Positions 37,565 through 51,244 of a stretch of DNA of 64,000 nucleotides are shown one piece after another (the stretch's first letter is position 1; every line of letters starts with the position of its first letter). The notes beneath the pieces are model-generated. The model saw nothing but the letters and a program-made list of their open reading frames with translations, did not search any database and was not told where the DNA came from. Source of the stretch: Lytechinus pictus (taxonomy: Eukaryota); assembly GCF_037042905.1 (NCBI RefSeq), contig NC_087252.1, forward strand, positions 3,164,001 through 3,228,000, written 5' to 3'. The position numbers and the translations under genes were made by a program.

Positions 37565-39488
37565 CCCTAAATAGACTGGGCTATTTCGATGCCTAAGAAG
37601 ACTGATGGAGGGGGGCTCCCCTTATGATCTCGGCCGTCGATTGCACGATCGCAACGAAACTTGGCACGCGCGTTAAGCCCCTTTCACAATTGACGTACGA
37701 CCCGTTTACGACCACCTGCAACAGTTTTTTCTTGTTGTTGCACGATCGATCCCTTGGTGTCTTGCGAGCACTCGCAGTCGTTGTAGACGATCGCAAAAAC
37801 TCGAGGTGGTCGGAGGTGATCGTGACTGGTCGCATCTGAACTTTGAACATGTTCAAAATCCAAACGCGATCAAATACGATTGATTCACTCGCAACAGGTC
37901 GTACCATCGGTCGGGCGATCATCGTGTGAGTGTTGATCAACGTTGTACGACTTGGTGCGAGAGGTGGCACAACTAAGTATAGTCGCATTTAGTCGACTGG
38001 AGGTCGTACAACACTTGCACCTGTGCTGGAGACCTACAGAGACCAGTCTTGCGACTGGGTGCGATAATATGAGACTGTTGCAAGACCGATCGAAATTACG
38101 GCTTATAGCATTCCACTACCGTTGCATTCGCATGTATGCGACCGTTCAGCCCCTTTCACAATTGACGTCCGACCAGTTTACGACCGCCTGCAACAGTTTT
38201 TTCTTGTTGTTGCACGATCGATCTCTTGGTGTCTTGCGAGCACTCGCAGTCGTTGTAGACGGTCGCACGAACTCGAGGTGGTCGTGACTGGTCACATCTG
38301 AACTTTGAACATGTTCAAAATCCGAACGCGATCAAATACGATCGATTCACTCGCATCAGGCCGTACCCGGGGTCGTACCATCGGTCGGGCGATCATCGTG
38401 CGAGTGTTGTTCAACGTTGTACGACTTGGTGCGAGAGGTGGCACAACTAAGTAGTCGCATTTACTTGACTGGAGGTCGTGCAACACTTGCCCATGTGCAA
38501 GCGACCTACATATACAGACACCTGTCTTGCGACTGGTTGCGATAATAATATGGGCCATAAGACTGTTGCAAGACCGATCGCAACGGCTTACAACATTGCA
38601 CTACCGTTTCATTCGCATGTATGCGACCGTTCCACTCGCAATCCCTCGTGCAACACTCGCATGTGATCGCACGAGCACAATAAGAGCATATGCGACTTAC
38701 TCGTGCAACGGGGTTTACTGGTTGTTTTTGTTGTACGACAGCTGTTGCAACTGTGAAAGCCTCTGTGCGATCTTATGAGATGACTAGCGATTGATGCCTG
38801 TTGCAGCCTGTCGCACGACCAAAAGGTCGCAAATGGTCGTACGTCAATTGTGAAAGGGGCTTAACCCATGGCATAATCTACAAAACTACAAGATCAAATT
38901 CTGCGAAAAATCTCATTGCTAATTTATTATGCTATTTTATGCGTAAAATCAAAATTTTGCTTTAATTAATTAAATAATGCCCCTAAAATCCTAATTTTTG
39001 GTACACAGCCACTTTATGAATCTGATCAAATGTCCCAAAAAAATTCAAAATCACATTTATTTTCTTATGTATTTTATTGTTTTCTAAATTTCTTGTGCAT
39101 TCCTTTGTTTTTTTACTTTTCAATGGACATTGTCGGGGACTTTATTTGGACCATGAATAAGATGGAATTAATTGATTTCAATTAGTAAAAGGAAAAATAA
39201 TGATACATTTATGATTTTTGGCTAAAAGTCTATTTGCATTGGATTTGTACACAAATTCACGTTTTTTGCAATTTTGGGTCTGCATGCACTTCATGCACTT
39301 ACGAAATGTTACGTAATTTCGGAACTGCGTACCCGGGGGTCGCAAATTTGGTCTCAAGAGTTGCGCGAGACTTGAATGTAAAAGGTCAGTGAGCGACGCG
39401 GTCAAAAAATTTCGCGCGGCGGATTTATCAAGAAAAATGTCGAGGGGGCTGATTCAACGCCAATCCCCCCCCCCCCGTCGTTTTAGGG
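37565..39488. mobile_element. piggyBac-type MITE (TTAA TSD, CCCT...AGGG ends) carrying a nested Harbinger element
   Basis: TTAA|CCCTAAA ... TTTAGGG|TTAA. Confidence 0.85.
37676..38861. mobile_element. Non-autonomous Harbinger element with tandemly duplicated left ~470 bp
   Basis: TIR AGCCCCTTTCACAATTGACGTACGACC / GGTCGTACGTCAATTGTGAAAGGGGCT; flanks TTA/TAA; a second left-end copy starts at 38148. Confidence 0.85.
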
Positions 39489-39630
39489 TTAAGACTCGTG
39501 CGTTAAAGTTGGACTGTTAAAAAAAAATCAATAAAAAGTAAAGTTGAAATCAGAGGGTCGAACATTTACTACCAGTGAATATGATAGATACCTGAAATTA
39601 TATTTCTGACCAGAAAAGGGTACCTTGACT

Positions 39631-40189
39631 CCCGGGGGGGGGGGGGCACTCGACCAAAAAAGTGGTGGGGGTGTGCCGCGGGCGAGACAAAAACGGGGGC
39701 CTTGGAGCGGGCTTATTGTAAAAAGAGGGTCCTCGGAACTACAAATGTTTGTGAAAACGGGGGTCCTTGGAACGGATCGCCAGCGTGTGAGTGCGAATGC
39801 ATCCCTATGTAACGGGTATGCGTGTATGATGCTGCTAGCCCGGCTGCACGGCCGCCGGGTGCGCTCGCGCACCCGGCGGCCGTGCAGCTCGGACAGTGCT
39901 CTGCGGCCAGTGCTCTGCGGCCGCTTTTCACAAAAATTGCAGCTCATTGTAGCGGATCAATGCGACTGGAACGGCGTAACGAAAAATATGCGAAGCTTTG
40001 GAGTGGATTTCTTTCCTCTTTTTTCTCGATAAGAAGAAAATGCTATGCTTTGGAGCGGCTTTCTTTGTTCTTTTACTCAATAAGACAAAAATGCTATGCC
40101 TTGGAACGAAAATATGAGTGTAAAAATACGGGTCCCCTCCGCGGCACACACCCACTATGCAATATATACTGAGTGCCCCCCCCCCCGGG
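39631..40189. mobile_element. GC-rich MITE with CCCGGG(G)n termini and 8-bp TSD (superfamily unassigned)
   Basis: CCTTGACT|CCCGGGGGG..GCACTC ... GAGTGCCCCCCCCGGG|CCTTGACT. Confidence 0.88.
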
Positions 40190-41449
40190 CCTTGACTAGC
40201 TCATTTTAAAATAAATCACCATTTCTGAAGATAACCCCTGAAGGGATCAAGTTCATCACCTGAAGCAGTAAAGTACCCCTAATTTTCCCGCCATAGTCAA
40301 AAGTAGCTCCAAAGACTTTGATATATTTTTGCATTTGTTTTTCATTTAATATGATATCATTTATTGTATTTCAACATGTCGGAATTTAATTTTTTGGCAA
40401 ATAATGATTTTCCGTAGGTTTTTCAGACATGTAAATTGACAATATAATCATAACAATACAAACGGCAATTGCAATATGAATGTTTATACAAATATGGCAA
40501 TAATAGCATGTTATATTTGAAAGTTATTAAATAAAATTACCTTATTTGAATTTTAAATTCTTTATTTTTGTTTTGTGTTGTCTGTCTATCTCTTGCTAAC
40601 CCTCTGAAAATCTTTGCAAGTGTAATGTGATATAATTATACCTACATTAGTTTTTATCTTTCATTTTCTCACTTCCGTTTAATCATAGTATTTACGATTC
40701 ATTGACAATGTTGTATGGTACAATAATTTCGTATTAAATTCAAATAGTGTTGTAGCCAAAATATATGAATGTACCAGTACTTTTCCTTTTACAAATTAAA
40801 ATCAATATTTCATCCTGTTTATGGTCCTGGACAATTTCCATTAGAAAATACAGTCGAAAGCAAAAGAAATACATAAGTAATTTCGAAAACAATAAAACAA
40901 ATGAGAAAATAGCACAATGTTTTTTTTTTAATACATTGGATCGAAGTTTTATAAATTGATCTGATTGATTGATTGATTGAATTTATTTCTTCATTTCAAA
41001 GAAATCAACAAAGTATGTAAGAACAATCAATATATGAATAACATAAATGAAAAAAAAGGAACTAACTGGAAAGCATCGTTTGTTTATGTGAGTTCCCTGA
41101 AATAAATAGCTGAGTAAAATTTATCAAATACAACTAAAAATTGTCAATGTTCGATAGAATAACTGAAAAATACTAATGGGGTCAAGCTTTATATGTGTAT
41201 GCATTATATAGAAATTAATACAATCATGACAATATAATCATACCCCTGTTATACCCCTACAAATATACAAAACAATGATTCAGATAGTGTATATGAAATA
41301 AATTAGATAAGACAAAACGGAATACTAACAGAAGAACACACAGTATACAAAGGAGGACAAGACAAGACAAAACATGACACAGAAACACAAAACACACACA
41401 CAAAAAAACCACATAAAAAAATCCAAAATACCAGAACATCTCATAGTAT

Positions 41450-42271
41450 CGTAAATTATGCCATGGGTAACGCACGTGGACATTTTCGTAGAGATCGCGG
41501 GATCTACGGCGGCTTATTATAATCACTCGCGTCGCGTTCGAAATCATTCGGGTTTTGGATTTTGGGCGATATTTTTTTGTCGGTGCGATTTTTTTTCTAA
41601 CGGTGTCTTCAATGGGACAAACACGCTGGGAAAATAAAATGAAATTGAAATTCGAGTTTCGTTTTAAGCCGGCAAGTGCCTTAAATAAAATGTACTCGAC
41701 AGATTTTCGACACCATAACAATTATAATTTCTTTGTCGGCGTTCAAAGCTGGGGGCCCGGGTTCGATTCCCGGCAGAGACATTTTTTCGGCATCACCAGT
41801 TTTTTCCAAAACGGTAGATAGCTCTGGGGAACCTTGGTTTAAGCTACGCCTACCTTTGTTCTCTTCATCCATTTCTGTCACACAATATATACATGATATG
41901 TATATACAATATAATATGTTCTGCACATTTAACTAACCAAGCCCACAGGTGTTTTCGCCTTGTTGTTGTTGTTGCTTAAAAGAAAAAAATATTAATGTGT
42001 AACCCATCTGTAAGCACAGGTACACTAGCGCCCCCTCGTCTATGCATGGGTGACCTAGGCATTTTTTATGTCCGAAATATCGGCACAATTTACCATGTTG
42101 AGCGGTAAGATTGCATCTTACCGGTCTATCTATAAAAAACCCGAGTAATTTCGAACGCGACGAGACGCGAGCGATTAAAATAAGCCTCTACGGCCGAGGG
42201 CTGAACCAGCCCCCCCCCCCCCGTCTTCTTAGGCCTCAAAGTCAAACGTAAGAAGCCGAGTTTATTTAGGG
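41450..42271 (-). mobile_element. Partial second copy of the piggyBac MITE family (inverted relative to 37565), split by a Merlin-like MITE
   Basis: Ends TATTTAGGG|TTAA at 42271; reverse complement similar to 37565-37675 plus 38865-38885. Confidence 0.7.
41511..42186. mobile_element. MITE with GG...CC ends, ~45-bp TIRs and 8-bp TSD (Merlin-like); carries a tRNA 3'-half-like segment
   Basis: TCTACGGC|GGCTTATTATAATCACTCGCGTCGCGTTCGAAATCATTCGGGTTTT ... AAAACCCGAGTAATTTCGAACGCGAC..GCGAGCGATTAAAATAAGCC|TCTACGGC. Confidence 0.85.
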
Positions 42272-42644
42272 TTAAAATGAACTACTCTCATAGTTAATAG
42301 ATGTTTCTTCTTTTCATAATTAAAAAAAAATGCATTTGTTGCTCCATTTGATTTTTCCCTCCCAACTTCTTCCTTATCTTTATGTAATGATTCATATCAA
42401 GTTCCGAAAGGTCGATATTACACAAAAGACTGGAATGAATAACGGAAATGGTCTTATAAAATATATCTAATGTATTTTACCTCTGAAAAACTCGGATTAT
42501 TATTCCGGCAGCCAGCAGCATCTGCCTATCTGAAAAGTTTAACATTGTACATATTCAAAGCAATATTGTATGTAAGAAATGAAATGCACGTCTGGCTGGT
42601 CGTTGGTGTATCCGGGAGGGTTATAAAAAAGGCCCCAACCGGCT

Positions 42645-45600
42645 GCGAAATTATTTTTCCCACCGAGTTCTGGACCGACATATGAATATTCATGACTTGC
42701 GTCTTCGGATTGAGAGTACGCATGCGCGTGGACTTGGCCTCGACCAGTGCCGATCGTAAGCATTCACGTTGCTCAGAATGAATTAGCATCGTCAAATTAC
42801 CGGTACCCTTACATATAGTTACATAGGCCTTATAGGCTTAGATCTATATATACATCCAATTCTTAAACGCTTATCAAACTAGCTGCCATTATTGGCAAGA
42901 CATGTGCTAGGGTAGGGCTAGCTTAGGCTAGCGCATTAATAACTTTACATCAAATCTGGACCTGTCTAATGCCTAATACTAATAGGAATAGCCAATGCCA
43001 TGGTTAACTTCGAACTTGTTAATTCCGAACTTTACGTTTGATTAGGTTTGGACCAATATTAGCTTATTTACCATGGTTTAATATGTCTAGTCCGTATACA
43101 GAACCAGTCCTAGATCTAAAATAAATATCTTAGTTCTAGTCTAGTCTCTAGATCTAGACTCTGATCTACGCGCTATCAGCATGGAACCACTATAGTGTAC
43201 CAAAGGGGGGGGGGGGGGCAGACTGCCCCCCTGACGAGTCACAACTGATCCAGGGGACGTGCCCCCCCCCCTTGAGAAGCCAAATTAATAATTTGTAATG
43301 TCAAAATGCAACGAAAAAAGACGTATGTCCCCTCTTTTGAACGTGAAGATCTTTTTTTTTCTCTTGTCAAATTTTTTTCAGCTACGAAATCCTTAATTTT
43401 GGGTGAAGACGGGGATCAAGATCACTGACGTTAATTTGTGCCTGACGTTAGAATACGTTCCATGCACGCACTGGTGTACCTAGGATTTTCCAAAAGGGGG
43501 GCAATTACTTTAGAGGATATTTCGTCCGCGAAAAAATGTGACAAGCCCCCCCCCCCAAAAAAAAAAAAAGGGGTCTTCACCCCAAATTATGGATTTCTTA
43601 GCTAAAAAAAAAATTTACAAGCAAAAAAAAAAAAAAAGAAAAGATCTTCACGTTCAAAAAAGGGGACATACGTCTTTTTCATTGCATTTTTACATTACAA
43701 ATTATTAATTTGGCTTCTCAAAGGGGGCACGTCCCCTGAATCAGTTGTGACTCGTCAGAGGGACAGTCTCCCCCCCCCCCCTTGGTACACTAGTGGTTCC
43801 ATGCTGATACAGCGTAGATCAGAGTCTAGATATAGAGACTAGACTAGAACTAAGATATTTTTTTTTTAGATCTAGGACTGGTTTTGTATACGGACTAGAC
43901 ATATTAAACCATGGCAAATAAGCTAATATTTGTCTAAACCTAATTAAACATGAAGTTCGGAATTAACCAGTTCGAAGTTGACCATGGCATTAGTCGGCTA
44001 TTCAGTGTTGTAGTCATGGCTCAAACCTCCAAGGCCAAGGCTTTAATACCCAATGCCAAGGCTTCAATACCAAAGGCCAAGGCCAAGGCATGGAAATCCA
44101 AGGCCAAGGCCTGAAAACCTCAAGGCCAAGGCATTTCAAACTTATGATATACAGAACAATGAACTAACAATACTTAGGCGGCAGACATCGCACATGGTAA
44201 AATGTATGTGAGCGAGGGGACTGAGCGAGAAAAAAATTAACATTTGTACATTTAAAACAAAAATAATTTCATGATATAGAGACATATTACAATAATGATA
44301 TAGTTACCTGTGTACACATAATCCATAATTTTTCTATAGGCGATTTACATTGCAATAATTATTATTACCACGGTCATCTGATCCTGGCATTGTCAACGTA
44401 TGTTTTTCTCCACTCCCTGGGACAGGGGCAGCAGAAAATTATTATGGGGGGGGGGGGGGGTCAACGCCAAAAAGGCACACATTTATCAAAATGAGTTTTT
44501 TGTGCAAACATATACATGTATTTTCAAATTGAGATTATGAACTGCGTGAAGTAATTGTGTGTTTTATAGAAATTAAGCTGAGCAAAGGCTTTCTAAAGTG
44601 ATTTTTAATTATAAGATAGATATTTTGCTTTAGGTTTTACTTCTCAGCGAGAAAGCATAGCGAGCAAGCGGTTTTGAAAAAAAAATCAATTCTGATGTTG
44701 TAAAACTTGATTTATGGTCAATTATGGGGCTAATCATTGTTGAAATTTCCTTGCGCGATGTTGCCAGCGCGAGTCACCAGCTCAAACTTCTTGACATGTC
44801 GTGTAATAAGACATGAAAATTATTTTATTCTGAGCTGGTTTTGTAATCATGAAAAAGATGTGTATCTAACTAAAAAATAACTTTGCGCTCGCTAATTCTT
44901 TTTATATACTGACCAGTAAAGGAAGCAGTTAATTAAGCAGTTAATTACTGCATGAGTGCAGGAAGCGAGCCAAATATTTGTGATATTTCAACCATAAAGC
45001 AATATTCTATACATTTTTGTAACCATTAGCAGTATACTGTATATACTAAACAATAATTGATGCAAGCACCATTCAAAATCTGTGATTTTCGAACCTAAAA
45101 TGTATTATGTTTTATTATTAAAGAAGGTATTTTTTTTTTCAGGGCATATTTCATTTGGAAAAAAAATCCTACAGGGATTTTTTTTTTTTTTTGGGGGGGG
45201 GGGGGCAAGAGAGCACAAAGCGCAAGCTAAAATTTTCAAATGCTTAAACTGAAAATGCGTTATTTTTAGGACTCTTGTCAGTTTTCCTATTTTTTTCTGC
45301 TTACAACCACTTTTATTAAACAGTTAATTAATCATTAATTATTAATACTTATTGATAATATTAATAATTATTAATTATTAAATTATCTTTTGTTAATTAT
45401 TATTTCTTGAAACCATATTGACACAAAAACAAATACGTTGTTTATTTCCTTGAAACTGTAGAGAAATGAGATTCAATGTTGAACGATATATGATTAAAAA
45501 GAAGTAAACATTTTTTCCCCTTTGTTTTGTCAATCTGACCCAAAACAAATATAAAGTTTAGAAGAGAGATAGAGAGAAGAAGAAGTCCCACCACCAAGAA

Positions 45601-46814
45601 TAAACTTAGACAAGGGGGGAAAGGGAAAGGAAAAGATGGAGTAAATGTGATATTATTTTTTAAACAATCTATTGCAAAATTAGCTTTTCTTATAGAAAGA
45701 GGGGACAAATTTTGTTCACTCGCTCGCTTCAATCGCTTTCTTCTTTTTTTGACATAAATTTTGCTCTATATATGCCGTGCTTGGCCCCTCAAAGTTTCTG
45801 GCTCATCATGCCATTGACATAACCCATTTGGATATGACAAAATTGGAGACTGTGTTCAAGTTTACCAAATCTTTTCAGAATATCATTAAGACTTAAAACA
45901 TTCTTGTTGGCCAAAGAAAATAATACAAGGAAATTCCTAATGGAATAAAAATCAACCTTGTTATCGTTCTTTAGAGTTAGCTATGTTTAAAGTATGAAAA
46001 TTGTTGTCAAAATTGCAGTCAGATGTAAAAATTATTATTGTCATCAAAGCACTATTATCTTGATCATGACCATTATTATTTACTGTCATTATCATCATAT
46101 GATTACAACACATTACCAATACATAATGCTATTTTTCATAACTGATGTATTCTTTGTTTGAATTTCTTGATAATAGTGACAATTACAATTGATGACACTG
46201 CTAGTACACTTACTACTGCTGCTGCTACTGTTACTGGTGATTGGTAGTATTGATATTAAATATATATACAAAAAAACAATTGAAACATTTATAATTACTT
46301 ATTTAAAACAAACTTGAAAGTACAAAATACAAAATGCCTTGAAAAAGCCTTGAAAATGCCTTGAAAATGCCTTAAAATTTCAAAAATCCTCAAGGCCAAG
46401 GCTTTGAAAAAGTAGCGAGACATTAAGGCGCCTGAAGGCCAAGGCCGAGCATGCACTACAACACTTAATAGTACTAGGTATCAATTAGACAGGTCCAGAT
46501 TTGAGGTAAAGTTAATGCGCTAGCCTAAGCTAGCCCTACCCTAGCACATGTCTTGCCATTAATGGCAGCTAGTTTATTAAGTGTTTAAGAATTTGATATA
46601 CATATATATATCTATAGATCTAAGCCTATAAGACCTATGTAACTATGTAAGGGTACCGGTAATTTGACGATGCTAATTCATTCTGAGCAACGTGAATGCT
46701 TACGATCGGCACTGGTCGAGGCCAAGTCCACGCGCATGCGTACTCTCAATCCGAAGACGCAAGTCATGAATATTCATATGTCGGTCCAGAACTCGGTGGG
46801 AAAAATAATTTCGC
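42645..46814. mobile_element. Mutator (MULE)/foldback-like palindromic element, ~730-bp arms, 9-bp TSD; right arm split by a 2.5-kb insert
   Basis: CAACCGGCT at 42636-42644 and 46815-46823. 42645-43378 is the reverse complement of 43604-44002 plus 46467-46814. Confidence 0.9.
44003..46466. mobile_element. hAT-like non-autonomous element nested in the MULE arm
   Basis: CAGTGTTGTAGT ... ACTACAACACT(T) ends; subterminal (CAAGGC)n repeats at 44030-44130 and 46390-46447. TSD not clear. Confidence 0.7.
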
Positions 46815-47289
46815 CAACCGGCTAGCCTTGCTGGAAAGATTGCCCCATGCGATATGTGGAACATTGTCTTGCTCTGTGACAGGGTAATTGAAAAAGAAAA
46901 TGACTGATATTTTGGTAATGGGGAGCAGCCGCCAGACCGAAGTAAAGAATATATGAATCTCAAGGTATCTGACTTTGTACACTAGCGTAATGCAAAAGTA
47001 AAAAAAATAAAAATAAATCAGATCCAGCTTCGCGCTCGCATTCTGTTTTATATTGGGATACACAGCCCGGTCCAATTACAGGTGCAGGATCCGAGTTCTA
47101 TAAAAAAAAAAAAAAGTTCACGACATGACATGGGGTCGGGTAACTTTAGGTGTCCTAACTTGAGGTAAACTCTCATGTGTGCATTTATGTTGCTGCATAT
47201 ATATACATATATATAGAATGCGTAGCTTAAATCAAGGTTCCCCCAGAGCTATACGTGTACTGTATCAAAACAATACCTTGATCCAGCTG

Positions 47290-47437
47290 CGACAATAAAT
47301 TAGGACACGGAAGCAACTTTGTAGTTAGGATCAATATTCAATTAACCGTAATCAAGTCTAGAGTCGGACAAACGTGTTTCCGTATAACTGACGCAGATGA
47401 CGCTATACCATTAGATACAAATCAACTGGCGTAATCA
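47290..47437 (-). repeat. 3' LTR (148 bp)
   Basis: Direct repeat with 62473-62538; bounded by the PPT. Confidence 0.8.
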
Positions 47438-48365
47438 CTTTTTCCTTAAATTTAAATGAAAAGAATTTTGCAATTATCCAATGCAAGAAGCTTTGTAAAA
47501 GTATTGTCATATTAAAAAGGAGTTAACTCGCAAACAACTGCAAAGCAAATGCGCAAACATTAACGCGAAGACATACACACTGATGGGACGTCAAACAAAA
47601 CCCAAAATAATAACCAAAAATTTAAATGCGCAGCATAATTTATCACTAGCACAAAAAATTGTATTTTTTTTATTTATTTATTAAAATATCTTTATACAGG
47701 ATAACAGGCTCAGATTAACTGTTTTTCAGCCTGGTCCTGTTAACATAAAATAAAAATATATACATAATATATAAAAGAGTAACTTGGGTAATGTACAGTA
47801 ATGAGTGTATTCAATAACATTTAAAATCAGAATTATCATTAATACAAAATTGTTTAGAGATAAAATACACTACCAGTCACAATTCCCAGACTCAGCACCA
47901 CCTGCCTCAGCCAGAGAACAATAGAATCAGCATGATCAGTGGACCAAATCCATTGCTCTCCGGCCGAAAAAGGCAATAGTGATTCAAAGAATGGTGACTA
48001 GTACTGTATTCATTTTTTTATTTTTATTTTTTTAATTGACGAAATGTGAAAACTATCCTGTAGACAAAACAATAGCTGTGAAATATAAATTAAGATGTAT
48101 GATATCATTGACATAGTAAATACAAAATTCAACTAAATTTATGAAGGAAATTAAGGATATAATTATCATTGAGCATATCATACTAGACTTAAGTATAAAA
48201 TTTTACAAAATAAATATCGCCAAGTTAAGTAATGGAAGCTTATTTACTAAGAGTACGAATTATATTACATAAAAATTATTCGTTCCAACATATTTGATAT
48301 CCCAAATCATTAACACAATTCAAAACGAGAAAAATAAAGTAAAATGGAACAAAAAGCATATAATA

Positions 48366-51160
48366 TTAATTATTGAAATAAAACTTCTTATAATTCAATT
48401 TAAATGTTTCGATAGTTTGTGCATTTTGAATATTATGGGGTATGTCGTTCCATCGTTTGGCACCGGAAAATCTGAAAGCTTGTTTGACAATTGAAAGGTG
48501 AACAACGGGTGCAACTACGTTAAGGCTATCATTATTTATTGTATGGTAATTATGTCGGTCACATACCATTTCAATGTCATTACAAAGTTGGGGAGGGGCT
48601 AATCCATGTATACATTTAAACATTTGTGTGGCAAGAAAGTATTTTTTTCGTTCATCCATATCAGTCCAGGATAGGTTTTTTACAAGTGTTTTAAGAGAAA
48701 TATTTTGATCAAAGTTTCCAGTTATGTAACGTGCAGCTCTTTTTTGCAATCTATAAATTTTGCTTTTGTTTTTATCAGTAGTATTTCCCCAAATAGGTAG
48801 TCCATAATCGATGCAAGGTTGTATTGTAAATTTATAAAGGGTGTTTAATAATGAAGGACTTAAAAATTTTCTTAATTTTCCAAGGGAACGGATCTTGAAT
48901 CCAATGGATTTGCATAAGTTATTGACGTGAATGTCCCATTTAAGATTTTCATGTATTAAAACACCTAAATAACGAATTGACTTAACTTGCTCAATTTCAA
49001 TCCCATCAATAAATATTTTCATTACATCATGGGAGCGTGTTTTTAAAAACATACATTTTGTTTTGTCGACATTTATCTTTAAATGGTTAAGTTTATACCA
49101 GTCATTAAGAGAATCGATATTTGATTGCAATTTTGAAGTTATTGTCTCAGCATCTTTACCAGTCTCAAATATAATAACATCATCAGCATAAATTGCTATA
49201 ACACCAGACTTAATTGATTGTGATATATCATTTATAAACAGCAAGAAAAGCGTGGGAGCAAGAACTCCCCCTTGAGGTACCCCTACAGAAAGTTCTTTCT
49301 TGGCAGAAAGCTTTCCTTGTGAAAAAACAACCTGATTTCTATTTTTAAGGTAACATGTGAACCACTTAAGCATATTTCCTACTATACCATATTGTTGCAT
49401 CTTAAATAGTAGAATCTCATGGTCTACACAATCGAAACATTTCGATATATCAAAAAAAACATGCTCCTATTTTTTCTTTTTCATTAAATGCATCAAGGAA
49501 TTCATCAATGACTCTGTGGAGACACGTAGTCGTTGAGTGGTGTGGTAGGAACGCATGCTGTTCAGTATTGATGAGATTGTGTTTAAGGAGATATCGGAGC
49601 AATTGCTCTTGAATTTCCTTTTCTATTATTTTAGAGATATGACTAAGTACAGATATTGGGCGATAATTTGCTTCTTCATTCCTTGGCCCTTTCCCTTTAT
49701 AGATTGGAGTTGTTCTTGCCAATTTCCAATCTTCTGGTACATCACCACATTTTATACTTAGATTAAAAATTTGGGTTAAGGATTGATGAATATATGGTGC
49801 TGCTATTTGAAGTAATCTTGAATCAAATCCTAGTACATCAATATTACTTGTTTTATCTAAATGAAGTAAATGTTTAAGGATTTTCTCCTCTTTTAAATAT
49901 TCTATTTCAAATTTGTAAATACAGGAGGGATTTTTCCAATTTACACACACATTTTGAGGAAAAGATTGGGATATACTTTTACCAACATTGACAAAATAAT
50001 CATTCATTTTGTCACTATCTATACAGCAGGATGATGAATTATCATTTTTAGACTTGCCTGTAACTTGTTGCATTTCTTTCCATAATTTCTTACCATTATT
50101 ACTATATTTCCTGGAGATATCATTGAAATAAGCACATTTTCTTTCGTTTTGAATTCTGTTTAAGTAATTCTTGCATTTAACAAATTCATAATGATCATCT
50201 TGAGATTTAGTTAAATCGGCTTTACTCTTTAAATGGTCACGCTTATACATGAGCTGGATGATATCCGAAGTAATCCAAGGGCAGTAACGATCTTTTACCC
50301 TTACTTCTTTGAAAGGTGCATATTTATCGCTTATTTTCAAGAATGTTTCTTTCCAAGAGTTCCATAACAATGACAAAGCCTGTGAGCTTTCATTAGGTAA
50401 GTTGAAAATATTACTTGTTTTTATCTCTTCTAAAAATTGATCTTCATCAAAATGTTTGAAATCTCGAAAGCGTTTCGATTTATGAATTTCTTTTGTATTG
50501 TTTAAGTCAATCACAGTATAAATAAGATAATGATCACTCAGTGATATATTCAGTACATCAGTTTGAACATGTTTTTCTGGGATTGAGCTCAAGATGTGAT
50601 CAATACAGGTTGCTGATTTGGTAGTAACTCTCGTTGGCTTAGTGACCAATTGCGTTAACAAGAATATATTCTCTAGACAATGAACAGGATTATCATGAAG
50701 GGATTCATCAAGTGTATAATCTACATTTAAGTCACCAAGAATAAGTAATTCCATATTTGTGTTATTTGCTTTTTCAAAGTTTTCTGTGATTTTCTCAAAA
50801 TAAGCTGCATTTGTGTCTGGAGGTCTATATATACAACAAATTAGTAATTTAGCAAATTTCAGGCCTTGAATTTCTAGCCAGATGGCTTCTAAAGAACTGT
50901 CAGTAAGATCATCTCTTTCAAAGCATGTCAGGGTACTCTTTACATAGATACAAACACCGCCGCCTCGACGGCCATCATCTCTATCACGACGGTAGAGGGA
51001 GTATCCTTGAATTTTCACAATTTCACTAGTAATTTTTTTTTCAACCATGTCTCTGATAGACATAATATATCGATGTCCATAGTTTTCAAATGATAATTAA
51101 TTTCATCTAGTTTATCAAACAAACTTCGAACATTGAGATGCGCTACTTTCAATTTTCGAG
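48366..51160 (-). pseudogene. LINE ORF2 (AP endonuclease + reverse transcriptase), frameshifted near 51050 and 49450
   Basis: AHLNVRSL, RRDR..RGGGVCIY, IYRPP, GDLN, CIDHI, SDHY; NYRPISVL, QHAF, GVPQGGVLAPTLF, YADD, YLGVLI. Confidence 0.93.
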
Positions 51161-51244
51161 TGTTAATTGTTTTTCTTTGTTTAATTTGAAAGTGTTTCTT
51201 CTGCGCATCTTTATCGGCACAGCCTTCCTGGCCAGATTTTTAGT

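Noticed and set aside
41736..41787. Apparent tRNA with TCA anticodon (Sec or opal suppressor)
   Set aside because: The 5' half and D arm are missing, the variable region is short and Gly-like, and it lies inside a MITE.
42470..42635. TATAAAA at 42622 (+) and a possible non-coding IgSF first exon with donor at 42480 (-)
   Set aside because: Short motifs expected by chance; no transcript evidence available.
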